From: Anaerolineales bacterium
GTDB lineage: Bacteria > Chloroflexota > Anaerolineae > Anaerolineales > Villigracilaceae
Assembly: GCA_036781265.1 (NCBI GenBank)
Contig: DAIQBG010000011.1
Location: forward strand, 22,349 to 86,348
Reading direction: 5' to 3'
Length of the DNA: 64,000 bases
Shown here: piece after piece, positions 1 through 9,218 of the stretch
Position numbering within the stretch: the first letter of the stretch is position 1
Layout of the letters: every line of letters begins with the position of its first letter
Position numbers and translations under genes: made by a program
The notes under the pieces: model-generated
What the model was told of the DNA's origin: nothing
Database searches by the model: none
Seen by the model: only the letters and a program-made list of their open reading frames with translations

Positions 1-100
1 CAAGAAATGGCCGAGGGCACATCTGACGAAGGTATTGATGTCCTCCACTTCATATTGCCTTTATAATTGGGCGAGCCAGGTCTATCCAAGGTCGCATTAA

Positions 101-1366
101 ATGAGTTTTTCGGAACCCGCTTCACAGCCTCATCCTGAACATACACCCGAGTTTGTCTCCGCGCGCGCCCGCCGACGACGCGCGCAGCGCCGCGTCTACT
201 TCCCCGCCGATGAAGCTGGACGGGCGGAACTGTTCGAACACCTGACTCGCCGCGCCTTTCCTTCTTATGAGCTTTTCGTATTTTCCGTGGTCTCGGGCGC
301 GATCCTCGGTCTGGGATATCTGTTCAATGCCCAGGCATTGCTGGTCTTCGGTATCCTTGTCGCGCCGCTTTTGACGCCGTGGATCGGCACCACGCTCTCG
401 ATCGTGGCAGGCGCAGCGCGTCTCTTCCTGCAAACACTCACGGCGCTGGCGGTCAGTTCATTGCTGATTTTCGGATCTGGATGGCTGGCTGGCTTTGCCT
501 CACGCCCTTTCCAACCCCTGACGCTCAATGAAGCCTTCGCCCACAGCCGTCTATGGTGGGCTGACCTGACCGTCCTGACGATTGGCGCGGTTCTCATCAC
601 GATTTCTTTTGTCCGCTCAGAGGACCGTCCTTACCTACCCAGTGTACTGCTTGCTTACGGGTTGTTTCTGCCGTTGAGCGCCGCCGGTTTTGGACTTGGC
701 AGCGGCGTAGGTGAAATCTGGCCGGCAGGACTGTACGTATTCTTCACCCATCTTGCCTGGGCAACCGTCTTTGGACTGGTCACGCTTTTCCTTCTGCGCT
801 TCTATCCGACTACCTTTGGCGGATATGCGTTTACAGCCCTGATTTTTGTGGGACTCGTCGCCGTCGTTGTCGTGTACACAGGACTGGGAAACTGGATTAT
901 GGATAAAACCGGGTTCGACCCGCCAAGCCTGGCTCCCGTTGCCCGAGCCGAGTCGACATCGACGCCGTCCGTGCTCCCAGCGGGTACCTTATCTCCCACT
1001 CCGGAGGAGGCAACCGCCGTCATCAGCGGTGCCGCGAGCACGCCCTCGCAAACGCCCCGACCCGCTCTCACGCAGGCAACGCTTGGCCCCACCGATACAC
1101 CGACGGCGACCATCACCGCCGAGCCTACGCCCATCCTGGCAGTGATTAATGCGTCCGAGGGCGGAGGCGCATTCATCCGCGAGCAGCCCGGCGGTCTGGT
1201 GCTGGTCACGCTTGCCAACGGGTCGACAGTCACGATTGTGCCGAACGACGTCCAGGACGTCAACGGCGTGATCTGGGTACATGTCTTCACCCAGGTCGAG
1301 GACCGGCGCGTGGAAGGATGGATGATCCAGACCGTGCTGCAGACCGCTACACCGATCGTGGACTGA
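101..1366 (+). CDS. DUF389-like multi-pass membrane protein with P/T-rich linker and C-terminal SH3b-like domain
   Basis: About 7 hydrophobic segments (LLVFGILVAPLLTP resembles DUF389), a TPTATITAEPTP linker, and a C-terminal 'GAFIREQPGG...WVHV...EGWM' SH3b-like pattern. Confidence 0.65.
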   Translation: MSFSEPASQPHPEHTPEFVSARARRRRAQRRVYFPADEAGRAELFEHLTRRAFPSYELFVFSVVSGAILGLGYLFNAQALLVFGILVAPLLTPWIGTTLSIVAGAARLFLQTLTALAVSSLLIFGSGWLAGFASRPFQPLTLNEAFAHSRLWWADLTVLTIGAVLITISFVRSEDRPYLPSVLLAYGLFLPLSAAGFGLGSGVGEIWPAGLYVFFTHLAWATVFGLVTLFLLRFYPTTFGGYAFTALIFVGLVAVVVVYTGLGNWIMDKTGFDPPSLAPVARAESTSTPSVLPAGTLSPTPEEATAVISGAASTPSQTPRPALTQATLGPTDTPTATITAEPTPILAVINASEGGGAFIREQPGGLVLVTLANGSTVTIVPNDVQDVNGVIWVHVFTQVEDRRVEGWMIQTVLQTATPIVD

Positions 1367-1502
1367 CAGCCTTCGCCGGCTCCGTAACCTAATAGTGGGG
1401 ATATCTGTCCTGATTAGGACGCTTCGGCAATCGCAGGTTTGTTTCTCTCAGTTACGGTCACGGGAACCGGCATTGCCAAAACCATAATCATAGAGGAATT
1501 GT

Positions 1503-2963
1503 ATGCCCATTCACTTTGGAACCGACGGCTGGAGAGCTGTCATCTCAGATACATTTACGTTCGACAATCTACGCATCGTCACCCAGGCCATTGCAGATGC
1601 CGTAGCCTCCGACCACTGGGACAAATCAGGAAACGGCGGCGAGCGTCCGGATCCCAAGAAGATCGTAGTGGGCTTCGACACACGTTTCCTGTCTGACCGG
1701 TATGCCGGGGAAGTTGCCCGGGTCCTGGCCGCGAACGGATTCACGGTACTGCTGGCGCAGTCGGATGCACCCACGCCGGCAATCTCTTATTCAGTTAAGC
1801 ATCAGCATGCTATTGCAGGCGTAATGATTACAGCCTCGCACAATGCGCCGCGCTACAACGGGGTCAAGCTCAAGGGCGCTTTCGGGGGTTCGGCGCTGCC
1901 AGAGCAGTGCCGCCGCGTGGAAGTTTATATTTACGACAACGAGCAGCAGGCACGCGGTCCTAACCTGATGGATTTCCGCAAGGCTCGCGAAGCCGGCTTG
2001 ATCCAGAAGTTCAACCCGTTGCCGTCTTACTTTGACCATCTACGGACGTTAATCAATACCGACATCATCGCGGATAATCCGCAACGCTTTGTCGTGGACG
2101 CGATGTATGGCTCGGGGCGCGGGGTCATCAAGTCCTTCCTACAAGGCACTGGCTGTGAGATCGCCGAGATCCGCGGCGAGATGAATCCCGGCTTCGGAAG
2201 TGTACATCCCGAACCTATTGCCAAGTACCTCGGGGCGCTGGCTTCTGCTATTAGCTCCGGGATGGGGAATTTCGGTGTGGTAACCGACGGCGATGCGGAC
2301 CGAATTGGCGCCATGGATGAGCGCGCCACGTTCGTGGACCCGCACAAGATCATGGCGTTGTCGCTTAGATATCTTGTGGAGAAGCGCGGCTGGAGCGGCT
2401 CGGTTGTGCGGACGGTTTCCACGACACGCATGATCGACCGCCTGGCAGCCCGTTATGGCTTGAAACTGCACGAGACGCCCGTGGGGTTTAACCACATTGC
2501 CGACCACATGATGACAGAAGACGTACTGATTGGCGGCGAGGAATCGGGCGGTATCTCCTTCAAGGGACATATTGCCGAGGGGGATGGACCGATCATGGGC
2601 TTGCTTCTGGTCGAGATGATCGCGGAGTCGGGCAAGACCCTCAACGGTCTCGTGGAGGAGCTACTTAACGACGTTGGTCCTGCCCATTACGAGCGCGTGG
2701 ACCTGCGTCTGAGCCGCCCGGTTGCCAAAGCAGAAATGACGGAGCTCCTTACAAAGCAGGCTCCGGCAGAGATCGGCACCGAGAAAGTCTGCGAGATCAG
2801 CCAGCGCGATGGGGTCAAATACATCATGTCCGATGATTCCTGGCTGCTGATCCGCCCCTCGGGGACTGAGCCGGTGCTGCGTGTCTATGCCGAGGGCAGG
2901 ACGCCGGCGATGGTCAAGGCCCTATTGGGATACGGTGAGCAGGTCGCACAGAGCGTGTCCTAA
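1503..2963 (+). CDS. Phosphoglucomutase/phosphomannomutase family protein
   Basis: FGTDGWR, catalytic TASHN, metal loop DGDADR, GGEESGG and RPSGTEP motifs; GAGGA RBS. Confidence 0.95.
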   Translation: MPIHFGTDGWRAVISDTFTFDNLRIVTQAIADAVASDHWDKSGNGGERPDPKKIVVGFDTRFLSDRYAGEVARVLAANGFTVLLAQSDAPTPAISYSVKHQHAIAGVMITASHNAPRYNGVKLKGAFGGSALPEQCRRVEVYIYDNEQQARGPNLMDFRKAREAGLIQKFNPLPSYFDHLRTLINTDIIADNPQRFVVDAMYGSGRGVIKSFLQGTGCEIAEIRGEMNPGFGSVHPEPIAKYLGALASAISSGMGNFGVVTDGDADRIGAMDERATFVDPHKIMALSLRYLVEKRGWSGSVVRTVSTTRMIDRLAARYGLKLHETPVGFNHIADHMMTEDVLIGGEESGGISFKGHIAEGDGPIMGLLLVEMIAESGKTLNGLVEELLNDVGPAHYERVDLRLSRPVAKAEMTELLTKQAPAEIGTEKVCEISQRDGVKYIMSDDSWLLIRPSGTEPVLRVYAEGRTPAMVKALLGYGEQVAQSVS

Positions 2964-2985
2964 ATCTAAACACAGATAAACCCGT

Positions 2986-3020
2986 ACACCTCCAGCCGAA
3001 CGGCTGGAGGTGTGTATTTA
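2986..3020 (+). terminator. Intrinsic terminator-like hairpin after the phosphohexomutase gene
   Basis: acacctccagcc-gaac-ggctggaggtgt stem followed by gtattta. Confidence 0.65.
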
Positions 3021-3084
3021 AAAAAGGAACAGCCAGCCAGGATTCTCGTTTCGTTACTTAAGAACCTAAATCGAGGAGCCTTCC

Positions 3085-3522
3085 TTGACTGATGAAATCG
3101 TAATTTTCGATATCGACGGTACTCTGGCTGATGTGTCCGAGCGAATCCATCACGTGCGCAAAAAGCCGAAGAACTGGCCCGCCTTCTTCCGGGGCATGGC
3201 GCAGGATAAAGCGATTCATTCGATGGTCCGGCTGTGTAATATCCTTTATGACTCCGGGATTCAGATTATTCTTTGCTCCGGGCGCAGCGAGGAACATCGT
3301 GATGAGACAGTAAGATGGATGGCGCAACAGGGCGTAAGATACCACAAGCTGATCTTGAGAGAAAACAGTGACCGTCGAAGCGATACCGAGGTCAAGCGGG
3401 AAATGCTCGCACAGATCGACAAAAGTAAGATCCTGTTTGTGGTGGAGGACCGCAGCCGCGTGGTGGAGATGTGGCGCTCAGAGGGACTGGTCTGTTTGCA
3501 GTGCGCGCCTGGCGAGTTCTAA
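3085..3522 (+). CDS. HAD-superfamily phosphatase, T4 polynucleotide kinase 3'-phosphatase-like stand-alone domain
   Basis: DIDGT motif I, SGR motif II, K and VEDR motifs; TTG start with GAGGAG RBS. Confidence 0.8.
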   Translation: MTDEIVIFDIDGTLADVSERIHHVRKKPKNWPAFFRGMAQDKAIHSMVRLCNILYDSGIQIILCSGRSEEHRDETVRWMAQQGVRYHKLILRENSDRRSDTEVKREMLAQIDKSKILFVVEDRSRVVEMWRSEGLVCLQCAPGEF

Positions 3523-5013
3523 ATCCGAGCTCGGGATGGCGGGGACATTCGGGCTGGTTCCTGGCAATACTTTCATGCTTCCCGGCGGAGAAAACGTCGT
3601 TTGAAAGAAGAACTCGAACAGCTCCGCGAGGATGACTTTGATCCCCACCCACATGGATTGGCGCATGATCTGAAGATAGCGTCTGTCCTTTCCGAACAGT
3701 AAACGCCTCAGTGCACGGGGTCGAAGGTGAAAAAGGATTTCGGTGAGCTTCACGCCTAAGAATAATTCAACTGGTCTTAAGTAACGGGTAGCCAGCACCT
3801 GATTGCGGTAGGACCACTTATCCTGATCCAGCTGAATCACGCGCTCGGGCTGCGTGGATTTTCCCTGGGCCGTCCAGAAATGTGGCGTGAGATACATCGC
3901 ATTGAGAATGTCGGAGTCGAGATCGAGCAGACCCCGAAACCTTTCGTAGATCGTTTTCCGGCTTTCTTCTTCCAGTCCATAAATCAGATTGGTCAGGCTG
4001 ATGATGTTATTCTCACGTAGCAGGCGCACGGCTTGTTTTGAAATCTCAAAGGGATTATTCTTGCGGATGCTGGTCACGACCGCATCCTTTAATGATTCAA
4101 TTCCCATGACAACATAATCAACACCGGCCCGCTTATAAAGTGGCAGCAGGTCCGCATCTCTCACAACGTCGGCTGCGGTCATGTTCAGGTTCAGCGAAAG
4201 ACCCAGGTCGGCTTCCGCGATCAGCTCCAGGAGTTGTCTGGCAGTCTCGCGGTCCGCTGCAAAATTCTCATCCGCAAACCAGACCAGCTCCACGCCATGG
4301 TGCTGTTTCAAAATTTTCAACTGCTCGAGGACATTTTCAGTGCTGCGGTGCCGCCACTTCTTCCAGAACATCCATTGGCCGCAATAATTGCAGGTCAGGG
4401 TGCAGCCACGGCTGAACTGCAACCCTGCCGCGTTTTTGAATCCGAACATACTGTAACGCGGCCAATCCACCAGCTCCCAGCCGGGACGGTACTCGTCCAG
4501 ATTAGTGATGGGGATCCGTGAGCGGTTGACTACGATCTTCTTGCCATCCCGCCAGGTGACGCCATCCACATAGTGCAGATCATTGTTCTGTTCCCAGGTC
4601 CGGATCAAGCCGACGACCGTCTGCTCCCCCTCCCCGCGCACAATGGCGTCAATCTCCTCACATTCCGCCATGACTGCGCGATCTGCATAAGACGGATAGA
4701 CGCCGCCGTACACGACGCGCAGATGTGGAAGCTTTTCATGGATTATCCGTATCGTCTTTATGGCAGTTTTGTGTGCCGCCGTCGAGCCTGAGTGACCGAG
4801 AAGGATGTAGTCCGCCTTGAAACCAGCGATTTCTTTAATCAACTGCTGATGAGACCATCCATAGAGATCGTGATCAATCAGCTTTACCTGAAAACCTGCA
4901 TCGATCAACGGTCCCCCTATGCACACCAACCCGAGCGGAATGAGGTACCCCACACCCTGCGCGTTGGCAATAAAGTGCCTGGCAGGGTTAATCAAGACAA
5001 TTCTTCCTGTCAT
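3478..5013 (-). CDS. Cobalamin-binding radical SAM protein (BchE-like/class B)
   Basis: N-terminal B12-binding domain (YGGVYP, IVRGEGE), SRGCTLTCNYC CxxxCxxC motif, FADENF; RBS GAGGAG before ATG 5013. Confidence 0.85.
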   Translation of the reverse strand: MTGRIVLINPARHFIANAQGVGYLIPLGLVCIGGPLIDAGFQVKLIDHDLYGWSHQQLIKEIAGFKADYILLGHSGSTAAHKTAIKTIRIIHEKLPHLRVVYGGVYPSYADRAVMAECEEIDAIVRGEGEQTVVGLIRTWEQNNDLHYVDGVTWRDGKKIVVNRSRIPITNLDEYRPGWELVDWPRYSMFGFKNAAGLQFSRGCTLTCNYCGQWMFWKKWRHRSTENVLEQLKILKQHHGVELVWFADENFAADRETARQLLELIAEADLGLSLNLNMTAADVVRDADLLPLYKRAGVDYVVMGIESLKDAVVTSIRKNNPFEISKQAVRLLRENNIISLTNLIYGLEEESRKTIYERFRGLLDLDSDILNAMYLTPHFWTAQGKSTQPERVIQLDQDKWSYRNQVLATRYLRPVELFLGVKLTEILFHLRPRALRRLLFGKDRRYLQIMRQSMWVGIKVILAELFEFFFQTTFSPPGSMKVLPGTSPNVPAIPSSDLELARRALQTDQSL

Positions 5014-5098
5014 CTCGGCTCCTCTCGATTTGGACAAATTGGATGAGATTTGTGAATTTTATCACTATAGGTCTGTTTGTCAATGGCGTACGGGATGT

Positions 5099-5132
5099 AA
5101 AAATAGACCCTAAAGGTTTCTTTAGGGTCTAT
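5099..5132 (-). terminator. Intrinsic terminator ending the GlmL-like operon
   Basis: atagaccctaaag-gttt-ctttagggtctat 13-bp perfect stem with a minus-strand T-run. Confidence 0.75.
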
Positions 5133-5152
5133 CCACAGTCAAAACTAATTTA

Positions 5153-5683
5153 TTAGGATGGAGATGATCTTAACCTTCTCACCAGGAAGATAACGGCAAT
5201 CAATGCCACCGCAACCAGCATGAGACCTGGACCGCCCACGTCATCAGCGAATCCAGTATTGGGCAGGGCTGTCGAGGTAGGAATGATGGTCTGCGTGGAA
5301 ACCGCGATCTGGGTGAATGCGGCGCCGACGGTCGCCGTCGCAGGATCAGGAGTCTGACTGGGTGTTGCAGTCGCCTCTGCAATGACCGGCGTGTTTGTCG
5401 GCGGGACCGTGTTCGTCACGGCTGCGGTCTGGGTGGCTGCACCGGCGACAGAGGTTTGCGTTAGACCTGCCTGGATCGTGGCTTGTTGCTGGGTCGCCTG
5501 TGCCTGCACAGTCGCTTCATTTTGTTGGTTGGCGTTCTGCGCAAAGAAGAAGTATCCCGCGATGCAGAGGAGCCCAAGCAGTACCAGCCCACCCAGAATA
5601 CCGGCGACGAGAAGGAACGTGCGATTGCTGGTTTCCTCGGGTGGAGGGACATCATCAAACTCGGGGTCATCGTACGTCGTCAT
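5153..5683 (-). CDS. T/A/Q-rich membrane protein with C-terminal LPxTG-type sorting signal
   Basis: N-terminal TM helix, T/A-rich stalk, LPNTG + hydrophobic helix + RRLR tail; AGGAG RBS. Confidence 0.75.
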   Translation of the reverse strand: MTTYDDPEFDDVPPPEETSNRTFLLVAGILGGLVLLGLLCIAGYFFFAQNANQQNEATVQAQATQQQATIQAGLTQTSVAGAATQTAAVTNTVPPTNTPVIAEATATPSQTPDPATATVGAAFTQIAVSTQTIIPTSTALPNTGFADDVGGPGLMLVAVALIAVIFLVRRLRSSPS

Positions 5684-5719
5684 ATGGCACTCTCCTCTTA
5701 TGCTGCATTAATGTATTTA

Positions 5720-6775
5720 TTATCCCACAACTTCCAGATTTACTAAAGGCACCAGCAGGGTGTCGCCATTTTCAAGCTTCACCTCCGCAGCCGGGGCGCG
5801 TAACCCGCTGGGAAGCACGCTCGATCCGGCAGGCAAGCCGCTAATGGCGCCGATCATCCCCGCGCTGGGCGGTCGGCGCAGGCGGACGGTTTGCCCAATG
5901 GCAAATCTTTCGAAACGGCTCGGCTCTGGCGGATCACTGGACACGGGTAAGGGGATAATCACTTCAGGGTGATTTCCGCCATAACGATCAAAGTGCTCGG
6001 CATTGACCGTTACTTCGCGCTTATTGTTCGTGGTCAGCAGCCGGAACGCAGCCGAGTTCATCGGCATGGTGCCAAAGCCATCCGTCACAAGGATGGGATA
6101 CCGCATCTGGTAGGCGTTGACGATCAGGGGCGAGAGCAGGCTCGATAAGATCATCCCGCGCACCGGCAGCTCGGCGCCTGCCCTCAGCGTTTCGGCATCG
6201 CGAACATGCCCGCCAAGGATCACAGACCCGCGCAGGCTAACGTCCAGCCGTTCGGCACTGAGGATATCATCCGGTTTTTCGATCAGGCTGACCATCAGGC
6301 CGTTGTCAATGCGACCGTTCCCCCACACGCCCTGGACCAGCGCACCCGCGGTCCGGATGACCACGCCGCGCTCAGGCAAGACCTGAGTAACCACACCGGG
6401 CAGCCCGGCGCGCAGTTCCACGCGCGTATCGCCAACTTCCATCAAAACCTGGCCGCTGCCGACGATCATCACGCGACCGGCGCGCGGGGCTTTGAGACTG
6501 CGCGGGATCAACCCACGCCCTTCGGCAATCAGGGACCCCTGTGTTACCCGGTCGCCGGGGTTCACCTTGATCATTTTATCGGCAGCGGAGGGGCTCACGC
6601 CAAAAGTACGAGCAACATCCAGCAATACATGCTCGCGCGCAAAGTTGGCTTCCGCGATCACATCGGTGGGGTTGACGCGCTGGTTAACATGCACATTGAC
6701 CTTGCCCGCAACGGGAAGGGTCCGTTCCCGGATGATCGTCGCAAGAGGCAGTACATGCAAAACCGGAGCAAGCAT
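5720..6775 (-). CDS. Conserved hypothetical protein with barrel-sandwich-hybrid-like repeats (GlmL-associated)
   Basis: 'GKVNVHVNQRVNPTDVIA' and 'KVNPGDRVTQGSLIA' lipoyl/biotinyl-like half motifs; 1 bp from the upstream gene. Confidence 0.65.
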   Translation of the reverse strand: MLAPVLHVLPLATIIRERTLPVAGKVNVHVNQRVNPTDVIAEANFAREHVLLDVARTFGVSPSAADKMIKVNPGDRVTQGSLIAEGRGLIPRSLKAPRAGRVMIVGSGQVLMEVGDTRVELRAGLPGVVTQVLPERGVVIRTAGALVQGVWGNGRIDNGLMVSLIEKPDDILSAERLDVSLRGSVILGGHVRDAETLRAGAELPVRGMILSSLLSPLIVNAYQMRYPILVTDGFGTMPMNSAAFRLLTTNNKREVTVNAEHFDRYGGNHPEVIIPLPVSSDPPEPSRFERFAIGQTVRLRRPPSAGMIGAISGLPAGSSVLPSGLRAPAAEVKLENGDTLLVPLVNLEVVG

Positions 6776-6776
6776 C

Positions 6777-8534
6777 TTATCCTCCCACCGCGTAGGACCA
6801 TCTCTTCATGAGCTCACGTCGTCGGACCGGATCAGCGGGAAGCTGCAACGGGCGCCCGCGCGCGTCGAGAACCACGCCCATCGCCCCTCCGGTCACAGTG
6901 GTCGAGCCGCCTTTACCGGCCCCCAGGCCAACGTCTGCGCGACGCAAGGGCTGCAGGCTCAGGCGTGCAGTCTGTCCACTCGGCAGCGGCAGGATCTCCA
7001 GTCCGCCAAACTTAACATCGGCACGCGCCTCGGTCCCATCGCTGTAACTCAGTTTTGCGCGCAGCACCTGATCCCCGTAATTGGCCGAAGCGACCAGGGA
7101 AACCACCGTCCCCAGCCCAATAAAGGCGCCGGATTCGATGACCTGGACGGGCAGGTAGTGGCTGCGCGAAGCGGCGGCGCCGAGCAAAGGCAGCAGATTG
7201 TTCTGGTCGAGAAGTACGGGCATGATACCCACCGGTTGGATTGCGTCGAGCAGCAGCAATAGACTCTGGCCGAGTGACGTCCCTTCACTGACCACTCCTC
7301 CACCTCCCAGGATGAGATCGAGAGGCGGCATCACGCCATGGCGGTTTGGACGGGCATGCGCAGGGAAGTTTTTCTGCGCGGCGCGTACTGCCAGATACAA
7401 TGCCTGTCTGGCAATCGCCTGCGCCAGCGCCTGTTCGTCTTTGGTGGCCGGGATGGAAGCGGGGTAAAGAGACTTCTGGAACATATACTCGCGCAGGGTA
7501 TTTGGCGAAATATCCAGCTGCAGCCAGCGCATGATGCTATCAAGCTCCGTTTGCTGCAAGAGACCCGCCAGATTTTCTCCGAGTCCGTACTGCGGATACA
7601 CGCCCAGAGTTAGATCACCGTTGAATCCGGCTGCGACAGATGTTGCAGATGCGCCCAGGTTTACACTGAGCAAGCCGCGCGTCGACTCATACATCTTACT
7701 TAAGAACCGGATAACACGCCCCTGGGCGTAGGCGGTCGGTAAGAGACTTCCAGCGGACCAGACATTAAGTTCGTCCACGCCCTTGATCTGACGTTCGCGC
7801 AGCTTTCCTACCAGCAGAGCGAGGTCATGGCGCGCCGGGTCCAGGTCTTCCGTATCCAGCGAAGGGCGAACGTTGTGACTAACTTCAAGTTTGCCAACAT
7901 GACCACCCAATAATTCCTGGACCTCACTTGCCAGCTTTCGATTACCGGCATAGAGTACCATGGGACGCTTTTCCATCGGCATGAGATAGCACGCCAGCCC
8001 TACCGCCTCCAGCATTTTCTGGATCGAGCGGGAGGCGCCGCCGTCCGTGCCGCCGGCGAGCAGGACCAGGTCCGGACGCGAGCGGACGATGCTGTCCATC
8101 TGCTGATCGGGGCGGCGCTGATCGGAGAGATCAAGCGTTTCCACAATGCGGCTATACGTAGATTCCGCCAACCGCTGCGCGCTCTGTAGCGAGACATCGG
8201 AAAGCAATCCCACGACCACTGTCTTGACCGCAGGACCGGCTGAAATAGTCGCCACGACGGCATCCACCCCGGAGCCATCCGGCTGAGCAGGGGCGATCAG
8301 GTTATTATCGTGCAGTCCGAGCAGTGTCTGGCCGGTCACCCTTTGTAAATTGGTGATGGCTTCCCGGACACCGAGACCAATATCGCTGAACGGCGCCTCG
8401 GCTGTCGAGGGCGCCTGACCGGAAGCGACAAAGCGGTACTGCCCCTCTACCACGTCGAAGAGGACGGCGCGTGTGACCGTCGCGCCGACATCGATCCCCA
8501 GGATGGATTCGGTTTGAACCAGCGATGCAGGCAT
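6777..8534 (-). CDS. Glutamate mutase L (GlmL/MutL)-like protein, actin-like ATPase fold
   Basis: ILGIDVGATVT phosphate-1 motif, TISAG, LLAGGTDGG, SVNLGAS, ILGGGG, and C-terminal GVVLDARGRPL. Confidence 0.75.
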   Translation of the reverse strand: MPASLVQTESILGIDVGATVTRAVLFDVVEGQYRFVASGQAPSTAEAPFSDIGLGVREAITNLQRVTGQTLLGLHDNNLIAPAQPDGSGVDAVVATISAGPAVKTVVVGLLSDVSLQSAQRLAESTYSRIVETLDLSDQRRPDQQMDSIVRSRPDLVLLAGGTDGGASRSIQKMLEAVGLACYLMPMEKRPMVLYAGNRKLASEVQELLGGHVGKLEVSHNVRPSLDTEDLDPARHDLALLVGKLRERQIKGVDELNVWSAGSLLPTAYAQGRVIRFLSKMYESTRGLLSVNLGASATSVAAGFNGDLTLGVYPQYGLGENLAGLLQQTELDSIMRWLQLDISPNTLREYMFQKSLYPASIPATKDEQALAQAIARQALYLAVRAAQKNFPAHARPNRHGVMPPLDLILGGGGVVSEGTSLGQSLLLLLDAIQPVGIMPVLLDQNNLLPLLGAAASRSHYLPVQVIESGAFIGLGTVVSLVASANYGDQVLRAKLSYSDGTEARADVKFGGLEILPLPSGQTARLSLQPLRRADVGLGAGKGGSTTVTGGAMGVVLDARGRPLQLPADPVRRRELMKRWSYAVGG

Positions 8535-8537
8535 AGG

Positions 8538-9215
8538 CTATATACCGACCAACTGTCTGATGAAATTGATCACGGAGCTCAGCCGCTCGATCATGGCAGT
8601 GAGAGCTGCCATGTAGACCCCGGCAAATAGCACACCGAGCGTGATGGCAATAAAGACGCGCCCTACCCAGGCGATCCCTTCGACGATCGAATTCCGCTTC
8701 GCAGCGCCGTCGGCGGCCCGGCTGACGCTGAAGTGAAAGGAAGCCAGGGTCAGAACCGTGCCAAAGAACATGACCGTCCCCTCCACCAGCGTCAGGAGTG
8801 CCCCCGCCCCATCCCCCGCAGCCCGAAAATCGAACCCGTCAATTGAGGCCTGGACCTGAGGCAGAAGAGTCCCGATGAGGGCCCCACCGAGGGCGGCGGC
8901 CGCGCCAACTCCCACCAGCACAGCCATGGCAAAGCTGCCGATCCAGGAAATGCGCGGTGAGAATTTCGCCAGAAGAGACACGCCCAGCAATAGAGGAATT
9001 ATGGCAAGAATTAATTGATTGAGATCATTTGTCTGAAACCGGCTCAATTTTGGCAGGAGCACGTAGTACACCGTAACCGTGGCAGCATAGCCGGAAGCAA
9101 CCCCCACAAAAAGATAAACGGCAATCCGAAACAGCGGGTTGTCGCCGATGAGATAACTAAAGATCATCAGGGTCAGGATCAATCCCACAAAAGCAGAGAT
9201 GATTTCCATGGACAT
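8538..9215 (-). CDS. Multi-pass membrane protein
   Basis: About 6 TM helices, 'FSYLIGDNPLFR' start; 3-bp gaps to both neighbours. Confidence 0.75.
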   Translation of the reverse strand: MSMEIISAFVGLILTLMIFSYLIGDNPLFRIAVYLFVGVASGYAATVTVYYVLLPKLSRFQTNDLNQLILAIIPLLLGVSLLAKFSPRISWIGSFAMAVLVGVGAAAALGGALIGTLLPQVQASIDGFDFRAAGDGAGALLTLVEGTVMFFGTVLTLASFHFSVSRAADGAAKRNSIVEGIAWVGRVFIAITLGVLFAGVYMAALTAMIERLSSVINFIRQLVGI

Positions 9216-9218
9216 TGG

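Noticed and set aside
1..53. Start of a minus-strand gene running off the window
   Set aside because: Only 17 codons are visible and there is no recognisable motif
3478..5013. Evidence of phototrophy (bchE)
   Set aside because: No other bacteriochlorophyll or reaction-centre genes in the window, and the family has many non-photosynthetic members
6777..8534. DNA mismatch repair MutL or a functional glutamate mutase locus
   Set aside because: No GHKL motifs (the name overlap is coincidental) and no glmE/glmS nearby
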